Shown: positions 41,850 through 49,819 of the stretch, in pieces
Numbering within the stretch: position 1 is the stretch's first letter
Layout of the letters: every line of letters starts with the position of its first letter
Source: a virus
Direction: 5' to 3' (one strand)
IMG/VR virus record: IMGVR_UViG_3300025679_000001
Span: 1 to 64,000 of that record
Length of the DNA: 64,000 bases
Program-made: the position numbers and the translations under genes
Notes under the pieces: model-generated
Seen by the model: only the letters and a program-made list of their open reading frames with translations
What the model was told of the DNA's origin: nothing
Database searches by the model: none

Positions 41850-42290
41850 TTAGGTAACCTTAGGCTTGGTGTTGATGATCGACGCCTGTTCACCAGTGTC
41901 CGTCATCCCGTTGGGCTTGGTGACTTCACCGTTCTTCATGTTGATGATCGCGCGAAGGTCCTTGAGGGTCACGAACTGCGACTGGGACGTACCGTTGTCG
42001 CCACCGTCTCCGTTCGTGTCGTTCTGTGCGCCATTCGCTTGGTCATCCGTCTGGTCACTCTGACCGGCGGACGGGTCGCCATCTTTGTCGTCGGATCCTT
42101 TGGTCTGCCCGGAATCATCCTTCCCTCCAAAAGGTTTCTTAGTAGCCGGCGCAGTGTCGTCTGCGCCGTCCGTCTGTGTCCCGTCACCGCCTTGGGTCTT
42201 TACTTCCTTGTCGGGAGCAGTACTGTCGTCGGTGTCGTTTGAAGAGTCGTTGCTCTTAAACTGTGATGGTTTCTTGTCAAGCTTTGCCAT
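41850..42290 (-). CDS. acidic, intrinsically disordered protein
   Basis: 146-aa ORF, rich in D/G/T/S/Q/K. Confidence 0.45.
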   Translation of the reverse strand: MAKLDKKPSQFKSNDSSNDTDDSTAPDKEVKTQGGDGTQTDGADDTAPATKKPFGGKDDSGQTKGSDDKDGDPSAGQSDQTDDQANGAQNDTNGDGGDNGTSQSQFVTLKDLRAIINMKNGEVTKPNGMTDTGEQASIINTKPKVT

Positions 42291-42294
42291 GTTG

Positions 42295-42302
42295 TATTTA
42301 TA
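42295..42302 (-). promoter_or_regulatory. TATAAATA box (late promoter candidate, unusually close to ATG)
   Basis: Exact TATAAATA in the 14-nt spacer, only 4 nt upstream of ATG 42290. Confidence 0.25.
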
Positions 42303-42304
42303 CG

Positions 42305-43054
42305 CTAGAACAGGACTTTGAAGGCAATTCGCGTGGCCCCTTTAGAACTTCCTCCGTAGGTGTCTAAAGTGACCCTCTTGAGGTCTGGAAACTTGGGAGC
42401 TTTCAGGACGTTCTTCCCGAAACCAGTGAAGAAGATCACGACGTCGTCCACAGACTTGTCGTGGATGGCAAAGTAGGAGTCCTTAGAAGACGCGAGGTTC
42501 TTCAGGATGAGGTTCTTGGCTGCTAGCAGGATCCTTGGCTCAGTGGTCGAGAGCTCCTTAGGAAGTTTGCCGGATGAGGCTGAGTTAGAGTCCTCGGCCA
42601 GTCCGATAGTAGGGTCGACGAAGTCCCTGAACCAGTCGAGCATGCCGAGGAAGTCCATGGACTTCCCAGCCTTCTGCATCACCACCTTGAGCTTCGCTCC
42701 CCCTACTGAGAGGACGTCGATGTACGACTGGGCCATCGACTCGATGTCCGCCGGAACGTTCCGGCGCCTTACTGACTTGTCGAAGATGGGGATCGGGGTC
42801 GTCATTCTCACGACACCCTTCACTTCCACGCCAAACCTGCGCCCTTCGGACTCGACGAGGACGTCGTTATCCTTCTGCCCGTAAGTGGCCGTCCCGACAA
42901 CGCGAAAGTCGACGCCGAGCTCGTCAGCCTCAGCCTGGACCCAGAGCGCGACCACGTCCTGGCTCGCCAAGCCCACCCGCGCACGACGGTGCTTCTTTCT
43001 GTATCTCCCCTTGTCGATCGGCATGAACGTATTTAGGTCGCAGCGATCGAGCAC
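42305..43054 (-). CDS. hypothetical protein with possible PD-(D/E)XK core
   Basis: 249-aa ORF (GTG 43054; alternative ATG 43024). DVLVESEGRRFGVEVKG resembles a D..E.K nuclease motif. Confidence 0.4.
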   Translation of the reverse strand: MLDRCDLNTFMPIDKGRYRKKHRRARVGLASQDVVALWVQAEADELGVDFRVVGTATYGQKDNDVLVESEGRRFGVEVKGVVRMTTPIPIFDKSVRRRNVPADIESMAQSYIDVLSVGGAKLKVVMQKAGKSMDFLGMLDWFRDFVDPTIGLAEDSNSASSGKLPKELSTTEPRILLAAKNLILKNLASSKDSYFAIHDKSVDDVVIFFTGFGKNVLKAPKFPDLKRVTLDTYGGSSKGATRIAFKVLF

Positions 43055-43081
43055 TGCCGTGCTCGACTCCGACCTCGTGCG

Positions 43082-43393
43082 CTAGGCGTCTACCGGTTTT
43101 TTAACTTCCAACAGCTTGCGGAATATCTCGGTGTCGATTGGAACGAACCTGGGCGCGGCAAACGGTCCTTCTATGCCGTTAAGAAGCATAGTCCTTGTAA
43201 TTTCTTCTAGACGAACGACCGGGAATGAGCAGTACGGCCAGAAAAAGTCTGGATCCCTGATCGTGTAGACCTGGTCTTTTTGGAGCCCGTGCAGATCCAT
43301 CAGGGCAGCCTTATAGTTTACGCCTTTAACAAAAAAGCGCTCGTCTAAACCGGCGTTAACGCACCTGACCAGTTGTCCTTTATAGAACGTCAT
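43082..43393 (-). CDS. hypothetical protein
   Basis: 103-aa ORF. Confidence 0.5.
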   Translation of the reverse strand: MTFYKGQLVRCVNAGLDERFFVKGVNYKAALMDLHGLQKDQVYTIRDPDFFWPYCSFPVVRLEEITRTMLLNGIEGPFAAPRFVPIDTEIFRKLLEVKKPVDA

Positions 43394-43899
43394 GTTCTCA
43401 CCGGGACCAAGTTCAGGAGTTTAGCACGCTCGCGCTCCTCCTTCTTACGACGAAGCCTGCGATCGTCGTCGTCGCACAAATAAAACCAGACGAAGGAGGC
43501 TCCCCTGAGATTTGTCACTGTCATAAGGACCTTTCCGAGAATCCCGGGAAGCAGTATGTAGGTAGCGCTCGTCATGTCCACGTAAAAGAAGAGAAAGAAT
43601 GTGACCACGCTGATAATTTTTAAGAAGATGAAGAACGGCTCCCTAGCCATGACTGGGCCCATGCCCTTCGTCGTCCAGAACATATTGCCTAATATCACCA
43701 TCGTAGCTAAAGCGTTTATCCCAGCGTCGACGCATAGCATCGGCACGCCCACTGACGGAACCTGGAACATAAGGAAGACCAGGTTTGCCCACATCAGCGC
43801 GTTGCAGATGCTTCGTCTCGTGGCGCCGAAGCGAAAGTGCAGCCACTCAAAGATCCACTGGTAGGAAGCTTGGATTCTGTCGTCTATCGTCCTGAACAT
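43390..43899 (-). CDS. multi-pass membrane protein
   Basis: Trimmed to ATG 43899 (MFRTIDD; TGATG overlap). Four hydrophobic segments. Confidence 0.5.
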   Translation of the reverse strand: MFRTIDDRIQASYQWIFEWLHFRFGATRRSICNALMWANLVFLMFQVPSVGVPMLCVDAGINALATMVILGNMFWTTKGMGPVMAREPFFIFLKIISVVTFFLFFYVDMTSATYILLPGILGKVLMTVTNLRGASFVWFYLCDDDDRRLRRKKEERERAKLLNLVPVRT

Positions 43900-44222
43900 C
43901 ACTTGCGCCTCTCGATCCACTCGCCGCCCGGCTTTATCGTTCCCACGAACACCTGATGTATATCAGTGATGGCGTACACCATGACGTCGTAACCCATGGG
44001 GTTCTCGTGATCGACCTGGCGCTTCCCAGTCTCCTTGGCCTCCTCGAGGGTGGCCGCAGGAATAGTCCAGAACCACCTGGAGCCCATCTTGCGCGTGGAA
44101 GTAAAGCTCTTGGCCTCGACTATGATCCTCTCGTCGTGGGCTAACCTGCTAGCGAGTGAGCTGGACTTGGTGCTGGTCAGCGGCGGCTTCACTGTCTCTT
44201 TCTGGATGAAAGGTTTAGGCAT
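43899..44222 (-). CDS. hypothetical protein
   Basis: 107-aa ORF with a GGAGGAA RBS. Confidence 0.5.
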   Translation of the reverse strand: MPKPFIQKETVKPPLTSTKSSSLASRLAHDERIIVEAKSFTSTRKMGSRWFWTIPAATLEEAKETGKRQVDHENPMGYDVMVYAITDIHQVFVGTIKPGGEWIERRK

Positions 44223-44247
44223 CGTGATTCCTCCGCTCGATAGGGAA

Positions 44248-44276
44248 CCTTTACACTATAGCTCAGTCGTTGTCAA
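44248..44276 (-). promoter_or_regulatory. sigma70-type promoter TTGACA-N17-TAAAGG
   Basis: TTGACA at 44276..44271. The spacer ends tatagtg. Confidence 0.45.
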
Positions 44277-44430
44277 CTGAAAAAAGGTAGACCACCAGTG
44301 CAAGAAACACAAAGTCTCCCTTTTGAAGCAGTGAGAAAAACAGCAGTATGCAGATGATCACGAACGCGTGCGGGTGCGTGATTTGGTAGGCGTTCACCGT
44401 CTCGAAGAACTTATCTAAGATCTTCTTCAT
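44263..44430 (-). CDS. small membrane protein (55 aa)
   Basis: Own translation: MKKILDKFFETVNAYQITHPHAFVIICILLFFSLLQKGDFVFLALVVYLFSVDND. Starts 1 nt after the upstream stop. Confidence 0.4.
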   Translation of the reverse strand: MKKILDKFFETVNAYQITHPHAFVIICILLFFSLLQKGDFVFLALVVYLFSVDND

Positions 44431-44431
44431 C

Positions 44432-45052
44432 TCATTCTTCCTTCCACGGTGCGTCGCCGGAACTCGGGATGTTCTTCGGCCTAAACTTCTTGCCTAGGAC
44501 GCGCTCCCTGTCGTCGTAGTTGTCTATGAGCTCCAGCCTGTTCACGATTATGTTGAGCGCCACGGGGGCAAAATTGTTAACGTCGGCGCCGACGTTGATA
44601 GCTCGTCCCGGGATCTCGAACTTCCCATCAGGGCCCTCGAAGACGTTGTGAACGTGCCCGTACACGTGATAGGAGTTACGGTGGAAGCCATGCCACTCTA
44701 GGATCGGATAGTGATACATGTGAAAGTGTAGGCCGTGAACTTTGGTGATGAGCTCAGGATAGCACCCGGCCCACGGCAGCCTCTTGATCTTCGCGTCGTC
44801 GTGATTGCCGTGAATCAGGAACTTCTTGCCGTTGAGCGCCCTGAAGTAGAGTGACGGGTCCTTGGCCGCACGAAAAGAGAAGTCTCCGACGTGGTAGACC
44901 GTGTCGTTAGGCTTGACTCTCTTGTTCCAGTTCTCGATCAGGACCTCGTCCATCTCCTCGACGCTGGCGAAGGGGCGCTTCGAGTGCGCTATGATCTTCT
45001 CGTGCCCGAGATGGGTGTCGCTGGTGAAGTATACGCTGTCTGTGTTGCTCAT
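44432..45052 (-). CDS. calcineurin-like metallophosphoesterase
   Basis: 206-aa ORF. FTSDTHLGH, VGDF, HGNHD and YGHVHN are the full metallophosphoesterase motif set. Confidence 0.8.
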   Translation of the reverse strand: MSNTDSVYFTSDTHLGHEKIIAHSKRPFASVEEMDEVLIENWNKRVKPNDTVYHVGDFSFRAAKDPSLYFRALNGKKFLIHGNHDDAKIKRLPWAGCYPELITKVHGLHFHMYHYPILEWHGFHRNSYHVYGHVHNVFEGPDGKFEIPGRAINVGADVNNFAPVALNIIVNRLELIDNYDDRERVLGKKFRPKNIPSSGDAPWKEE

Positions 45053-46269
45053 GCTGCCTTCCTATCGCTTTTGATGACGCCGACCTCGGAGTGCGTGCTC
45101 TCTGGCGATCGGCCGATCGAGATGGTCTTGAAAAAGTGCGTACAGTCTGCATCCTCTACGAGCTTGGTGACACCGGCGAGGTCTGGAGTATATACGTCAC
45201 GAGTGTGCTTGTTGTTGACGAACTGGATTGCGTCGAGCTGGTCGCAGCAGGTCACGATGAGGTTCGACCTGGCGTTGCCGCTCGGACCGATAGGAAGCGA
45301 CGTTATAATGTCATGGTCGATTCTCTTGAAGACGGAGTGGTCGAGATGGCCAGTACGAAAGCCGCCCTGCCACTCGTTGTGAACGTTAGTCTCGTCCTTG
45401 AAGCGAGGAATGTACGTTGACCTCTCAAGATCACTGAGGTGTTCATGAGCGAGGGGCCCTTTGCCGTGGCGGGTCACGTATGCTCTGGTGACGTAGAACC
45501 ACTCACACTTGACCTTTGGACTAAGGCCAAACAGACCAGCCTTGTACACGTTGTGACCTCCAGTTCTCGACCTGGTCACGTGAGGCATGATTCCAGTCAC
45601 CTCGTCGAGACCGAGACCCTGCCCGGATTCGTAGATGACGCGCTTCGGGTCCCCGACGGCGCTCATGTCTATCTTCAGGCCCTCGATGATAGAGTCCGTC
45701 GACAGGAAGCTCAGGTCCGTCGGCCATACTGGTGCGTCCATGAACTTCTCGATCTCCTCTTTGGAGACGACGCCTATTAAAGCGAGACGCTTCTTATAGT
45801 AAGCTTTGATATTGTTAGAGTCAGCTCCACTGCCGATCTGAGCGTAGCGGGTAACGCACTCGTTGATCCCGTGCCCGCAAGAACCGTGACGGTTGGCACC
45901 GCGGGCCGTCTCGATCAACTGGTTCGCGATCATGTCGAGATTCGAGACGATCTTAGCGTGCTTGTGAACGTACACCTTGGGGGTGAAGCCGAACGTTTTC
46001 TCGAACGCCTCGATCTCCTTCTGGAGGAGGACCGGGTTGACGCAAAATGTGTGGTCGAGAACGGTAGCAGCACCTTTAGGAGCGCCGGAGCCGAGCTGGT
46101 TGAACACCACCCTAGAACCGTTGGTCTCGACGGTGTGCCCGGCCTGTGCTCCACCGTTGTGCTTAACGACGACGGTGTCCGAGTCAGAGAGCAGGTGTGT
46201 AGTTCGACCCTTTCCCTCGTCCCCGTAGTTGGCGCCGATGACGGCGAACACTTCCTCTAAAGCTGCCAT
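45049..46269 (-). CDS. adenylosuccinate synthetase family protein (divergent PurA-like; PurZ-type function not excluded)
   Basis: 406-aa ORF. P-loop GANYGDEGKGR, GGAQAGHT, TRHGKGPLAHE, GGFRTGHLD and TCCDQLD parallel PurA motifs. PurA GTTGRGIGPAY is replaced by HGSCGHGINEC. Confidence 0.7.
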   Translation of the reverse strand: MAALEEVFAVIGANYGDEGKGRTTHLLSDSDTVVVKHNGGAQAGHTVETNGSRVVFNQLGSGAPKGAATVLDHTFCVNPVLLQKEIEAFEKTFGFTPKVYVHKHAKIVSNLDMIANQLIETARGANRHGSCGHGINECVTRYAQIGSGADSNNIKAYYKKRLALIGVVSKEEIEKFMDAPVWPTDLSFLSTDSIIEGLKIDMSAVGDPKRVIYESGQGLGLDEVTGIMPHVTRSRTGGHNVYKAGLFGLSPKVKCEWFYVTRAYVTRHGKGPLAHEHLSDLERSTYIPRFKDETNVHNEWQGGFRTGHLDHSVFKRIDHDIITSLPIGPSGNARSNLIVTCCDQLDAIQFVNNKHTRDVYTPDLAGVTKLVEDADCTHFFKTISIGRSPESTHSEVGVIKSDRKAA

Positions 46270-46294
46270 GTAACTCCTCCTTCGTTAGAGTTAA

Positions 46295-46323
46295 GCTATA
46301 CCATAGTTCTTAGCCCGCGTAAA
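46295..46323 (-). promoter_or_regulatory. possible promoter TTTACG-N17-TATAGC
   Basis: Lies in the 70-nt spacer between the ligase and PurA-like genes. Confidence 0.3.
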
Positions 46324-46339
46324 CTGCTAGTTTTGCTCT

Positions 46340-46993
46340 TCACGAAGATGATTTGTCGAACCTCACTCTGACGAACCTCGGGTGCCTGAACTTTCCCTTG
46401 GGAGTGAGGCCCATCGACTCGACCTCGATGATCGTACCGATCACGTGGTCCCCGAAGAGTTCTTTTCTCTCGAGGTCCTTGAAGCCAGTTCCCACGTTTC
46501 CAAGCGGCGTCTTGAGTAAGCCCATCCTGCCGACGTGCTTCCCCTTGCCTTCCACGAAGCCGGTGACCTCTACGTCGTGGGTCTCTTCCTTCTTTACCTT
46601 CAGCCACGAGTCTCCCTGCCTGAGGACGAGCCCTTCGTACCCATCTGATGTAACGTCGTCCAAGAGTTTCATGATCCACTGCTCACTCGGAGAGGAGATG
46701 AGCATCATGTAGAGTCGAGGGTCCAAAGGGTCAAGGTCGTACAGCGCGTCCTTAGGCACGTAGACCTTCTTCTTACTCGACCTGACGGCTGAAGCAGTAG
46801 CTTCCCAAGAACCCATGAACACCTCCGCGTCACGCTGGACGTCGGTCACCAGGTGGTCCATGTTGTAGAGCGGTTTTCCGCTCCTAGAGAACACGCCTTC
46901 TGGACCTATCGAGACTCGGATCCCATCGATCTTCAGCGAGACTAACCAGTCTCCTTCGAGGTCTCCTCCCGCGTACGGCTTAGGCTTCTTCAC
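46340..46993 (-). CDS. minimal ATP-dependent DNA ligase
   Basis: 217-aa ORF. Motif I LKIDGIRV, motif IV/V EGLVLRQGDSWLKVKK, and an OB domain ending RHPRFVRVRFDK (motif VI). Confidence 0.75.
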   Translation of the reverse strand: MKKPKPYAGGDLEGDWLVSLKIDGIRVSIGPEGVFSRSGKPLYNMDHLVTDVQRDAEVFMGSWEATASAVRSSKKKVYVPKDALYDLDPLDPRLYMMLISSPSEQWIMKLLDDVTSDGYEGLVLRQGDSWLKVKKEETHDVEVTGFVEGKGKHVGRMGLLKTPLGNVGTGFKDLERKELFGDHVIGTIIEVESMGLTPKGKFRHPRFVRVRFDKSSS

Positions 46994-47628
46994 TTCTTCC
47001 TGTAAACGCTCTTGCGGACGCCCTTCTTGTAGAGCTCAAAGCCGAGCTCGAAGATCTTGGCCTCGGCCTTAGCGTGGTCGTAGAGGTTCGTGTCGTCGCA
47101 GACCAGCATGGCGCCGGGGTCCATCCTGGCGGCGAAGAACGCGGCCTCCAGCATCACCGGGTCGGACGAGTGCGGGCCGTCGAGGTGCGCGATGCAGTAC
47201 TTGGTCTGGAGGAGCTTGCCCTTGTCGAAGTATGTCGGGACGCCGTCGGCGAACCTCCTGAAGAACTCCGAGTCCTCAAGGACGAACACGATCGGGTTCA
47301 CTGGCTTGTTGTTGTAGTACGTGTACAGCTCGGCCATGCAGTGGGCCCGCATCTCGTTGGTGTAGTCGGTGTAGGTGTGGCGGACCAGGTTCTCGTTGGT
47401 GAGGTAGTCGATGTCGCCCCAAGGGTCGACCATGACGTGCGTCTTGAACACACCCTTCTTGATAAAAGTGTCCATGATCATGCGGGACCCTCCACCTCGC
47501 CTGACGCCGAGCTCGCAGCCCATGCCCTCTACGGACGAGGCCAGCTCAGCCGCTTCTACTAGTAGTTCATACTCAGCCGAGTCCGTCGGCAGGATGTTGG
47601 AGTCGGAGTATATCGTCAGTGATACCAT
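46990..47628 (-). CDS. class I SAM-dependent methyltransferase-like protein
   Basis: 212-aa ORF. Motif I-like MGCELGVRRGGGS, plus AMLVCDD. Confidence 0.5.
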   Translation of the reverse strand: MVSLTIYSDSNILPTDSAEYELLVEAAELASSVEGMGCELGVRRGGGSRMIMDTFIKKGVFKTHVMVDPWGDIDYLTNENLVRHTYTDYTNEMRAHCMAELYTYYNNKPVNPIVFVLEDSEFFRRFADGVPTYFDKGKLLQTKYCIAHLDGPHSSDPVMLEAAFFAARMDPGAMLVCDDTNLYDHAKAEAKIFELGFELYKKGVRKSVYRKK

Positions 47629-47651
47629 GTCGGTCGTTCCTTACTGTTAAA

Positions 47652-48068
47652 CTATGGTGCGTTGTTTATATCGTCAAGGCTGAGCGGATCGAAGTCGTGC
47701 AAAAAATTATACGCGTCACTGTCGAGGGTGTAGAACATCTCTCCGACGCCCATGTCCATGATGATCTTCGTGCATCCGGCACAGGGGATGGCGGTGCCCT
47801 GAACGAACACACCTCCGCGCTTGTTCTTCTTGGCCCTGGCGATCAGGAGAGTAGAGTCCTTGACCGACGCCCACCTCGACATGGCGCTGACTATCGCGGC
47901 GACCTCGGCGTGGGTCCCCTCGGCCAGGTCGTGCTTAGCGTAGGTCCTCGAGAGGTCCGACTCGCCGGGGTGGTTGTAGCCCCAACCGACGCGCTCGCCG
48001 TTCTTCCAGATCTCGGCGTAGAACCGGTGACCAGCGTAGACCTTCTGCTTGGACGCGATCTTGACCAT
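47652..48068 (-). CDS. dCMP deaminase
   Basis: HAEVAAI and PCAGCTKII are the zinc motifs. Start set at ATG 48068 to avoid a 62-nt overlap with the J-protein gene. The track ORF extends to 48155. Confidence 0.75.
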   Translation of the reverse strand: MVKIASKQKVYAGHRFYAEIWKNGERVGWGYNHPGESDLSRTYAKHDLAEGTHAEVAAIVSAMSRWASVKDSTLLIARAKKNKRGGVFVQGTAIPCAGCTKIIMDMGVGEMFYTLDSDAYNFLHDFDPLSLDDINNAP

Positions 48069-48093
48069 CTTCCGAAGGCGCTTCTCGAAGAAG

Positions 48094-48660
48094 TCACTTC
48101 TTGAAGAGGTCGTCGTACGCTTCTTTCTTGTCGATGGGCCTTCCGTCTTTGTCAAAGATGTCTCCTTTGTCGTGCCGGGACTTTCCGGTACCTTCTAGCG
48201 ATACGTTGATGGGCACTCCCCCGAAGGTCTGGGTCACCGAGCACGGGAGCCTAGTGTCCTTCGGGAACCTGAACATCACCTTCTTCCCGCTCTCGTAGAG
48301 AGTGCAGTAAAGTTCTATCGGCCAGTCTATAACACTGTCGAAGGGAATGTACACCTTGTATGTCATGTCGGGACCCCTGGTGATGATCCGGTAGATCTTC
48401 TGGGCGTACGCGAAACCAGGCGGTGGCGGCCTGGGCGGTGGCCGAGAAGGACTGCTGACCGTTGGCTTAGGAGAAGCTCGAGGAGGAGTGAACATCTCCT
48501 GAGCAGTCTGGTACGCTTCGTTCAACTGACGAAACTTGTCGACGTTGCCCCCGACGTCCGGATGGTGTTTCTTAGCGTGCTTCCTGAACGCCTTCTTCAC
48601 CTCGTCGAGGGAGGCGGCGTTCTTACAGCCTAGGATGTAGAGGGCTTCTGTCAGCGTCAT
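48094..48660 (-). CDS. J-domain (DnaJ-like) protein
   Basis: 188-aa ORF. LDEVKKAFRKHAKKHHPDVGGN (HPD), a Pro-rich linker and a beta-rich C-terminal domain. Confidence 0.75.
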   Translation of the reverse strand: MTLTEALYILGCKNAASLDEVKKAFRKHAKKHHPDVGGNVDKFRQLNEAYQTAQEMFTPPRASPKPTVSSPSRPPPRPPPPGFAYAQKIYRIITRGPDMTYKVYIPFDSVIDWPIELYCTLYESGKKVMFRFPKDTRLPCSVTQTFGGVPINVSLEGTGKSRHDKGDIFDKDGRPIDKKEAYDDLFKK

Positions 48661-48670
48661 CGTAAACTCT

Positions 48671-48749
48671 TGGTCCGCCGCCTGGGATTCGAACCCAGAC
48701 TAACTGCCGTTTTGAGTGGCGAGGCCTCTGCCGGTTGGGCTAGCGGCGG
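48671..48749 (-). tRNA. atypical tRNA-like gene (anticodon CAA if the loop is read canonically)
   Basis: Minus strand has a 7-bp acceptor CCGCCGC/GCGGCGG, the T arm CTGGG-TTCGAAT-CCCAG, A73 and an encoded CCA. The D stem has 3 bp. The anticodon stem is imperfect, giving either a 9-nt loop ACTCAAAAC or a 7-nt loop closed by A.C. The variable loop is short. Confidence 0.5.
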
Positions 48750-48755
48750 TCTTGT

Positions 48756-49109
48756 TTATTTAGCAGCGTCCCAGATGCTCAGTTCGCTGATGTTCTTAAT
48801 CGCTTGCTCCATACAGATAGCAGTGTCGTTTGCTTCAGCTATTTCTGCGCTAGTTATTACGTCACCTTGTGGATCCAAGTATTTCATCACGTATTTTTTA
48901 GGCGTCATCTTCTGGGACAGGGCCGCTGCGCCTATCGCGCACGCTTCGCCTATTTGTAAAAGATCTTCCTCGGTGCACTCAGTTTGGTTATAGTCCCAAC
49001 CGTAGATCTCTGATTTCAACCTCCACCAGAGTCTGCGCGCCCACTTAGCTCGCTTCAACCCGCACTCCATGTGTTGAAGAAATTCTTCCTTAGTGATCTT
49101 CATTATCAT
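48756..49109 (-). CDS. family-B small protein (paralogue 1 of 2)
   Basis: 117 aa. ITKEEFLQHMECGLKR...IGEACAIGAAALSQKMTPKKYVMKYL is shared with 51248..51637. Confidence 0.55.
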   Translation of the reverse strand: MIMKITKEEFLQHMECGLKRAKWARRLWWRLKSEIYGWDYNQTECTEEDLLQIGEACAIGAAALSQKMTPKKYVMKYLDPQGDVITSAEIAEANDTAICMEQAIKNISELSIWDAAK

Positions 49110-49338
49110 CCTCGCTCTTCTGGACTAGTCGCTTCTTTTCAGTCGGGTCCATGTAGTCGTCCGCCGTTCTCCTGTAATAGGACGGTTTCTTCCCTAGTGC
49201 CATGTCCCTGTAGCGGTCCCGAGTACCCTCCGAGACTTGTTCCCAGGAACAACCGTACTCTTGTTTGTCGTTGAACAGCATCAGGGCTAGGAGCTCGGTC
49301 AATTTGTCCTTGATGAAGTATTCTTTTGTTACGGCCAT
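49090..49338 (-). CDS. hypothetical protein
   Basis: 82-aa ORF. Confidence 0.45.
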   Translation of the reverse strand: MAVTKEYFIKDKLTELLALMLFNDKQEYGCSWEQVSEGTRDRYRDMALGKKPSYYRRTADDYMDPTEKKRLVQKSEDDNEDH

Positions 49339-49391
49339 GGTGTAGTCTCCAGTAAGATCGGATTACGGTACGCTAGGTGTGCTGGCCAGAC

Positions 49392-49634
49392 TTACTGAAC
49401 GGCCTCCATGTAGATCCTTAAGAGCGCTTCCTCCTCGTCCAACTCCTCCTTGCGCTTCTTGCGCATCGCTACGAGCTTACGGATGATCTTGACGTCGAAG
49501 CCTAGAGACTTCGCCTCGAGATAGACTTGCTTAGTGTCCTCGGAGAGCGTCTTCTTCTCTTCCTCGAGACGCTCGATCCTCTCGACTAATGGCTTTAGCT
49601 GGGTTACGCCGCCTTTTTTGGTCGCTTCTTCCAT
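49392..49634 (-). CDS. gapR: GapR-like (DUF2312/UPF0335) DNA-binding protein
   Basis: 80-aa ORF. LKPLVERIERLEEEKKTLSEDTKQVYLEAKSLGFDVKIIRKLVAMRKK..EE..LL.IYMEA aligns with Caulobacter GapR ([48 protein letters not shown]). Confidence 0.8.
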   Translation of the reverse strand: MEEATKKGGVTQLKPLVERIERLEEEKKTLSEDTKQVYLEAKSLGFDVKIIRKLVAMRKKRKEELDEEEALLRIYMEAVQ

Positions 49635-49742
49635 GATTTACCTTTAATTTTGTTGATGTCTACGCCCTCGTTAGTGATCCCTGGGACGTAAGGAAGGCTC
49701 GGGGTCGGCCGGTTACTCTGAAACATTACTAACACCTATGAA

Positions 49743-49819
49743 TGGCGTCCTAGAAGGGACTCGAACCCATGACCTCAGGTTTAGGAAACCTGCGCTCTAT
49801 CCAGCTGAGCTACTAAGAC
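49743..49819 (-). tRNA. tRNA-Arg (anticodon CCT)
   Basis: Minus strand: GTCTTAG-TA-GCTC-AGCTGGATA-GAGC-G-CAGGT-TTCCTAA-ACCTG-AGGTC-ATGGG-TTCGAGT-CCCTT-CTAGGAC-GCCA. This is a canonical cloverleaf with an encoded CCA. Confidence 0.85.

Noticed and set aside
45049-46269. Calling the PurA homologue PurZ outright, which would imply a 2-aminoadenine genome.
   Set aside because: It retains the PurA-type GDEGKG P-loop, whereas I recall GSTGKG in PurZ. No HD-type DatZ or MazG-type MazZ is nearby, and sequence reads cannot reveal Z. It is reported as an open question instead.
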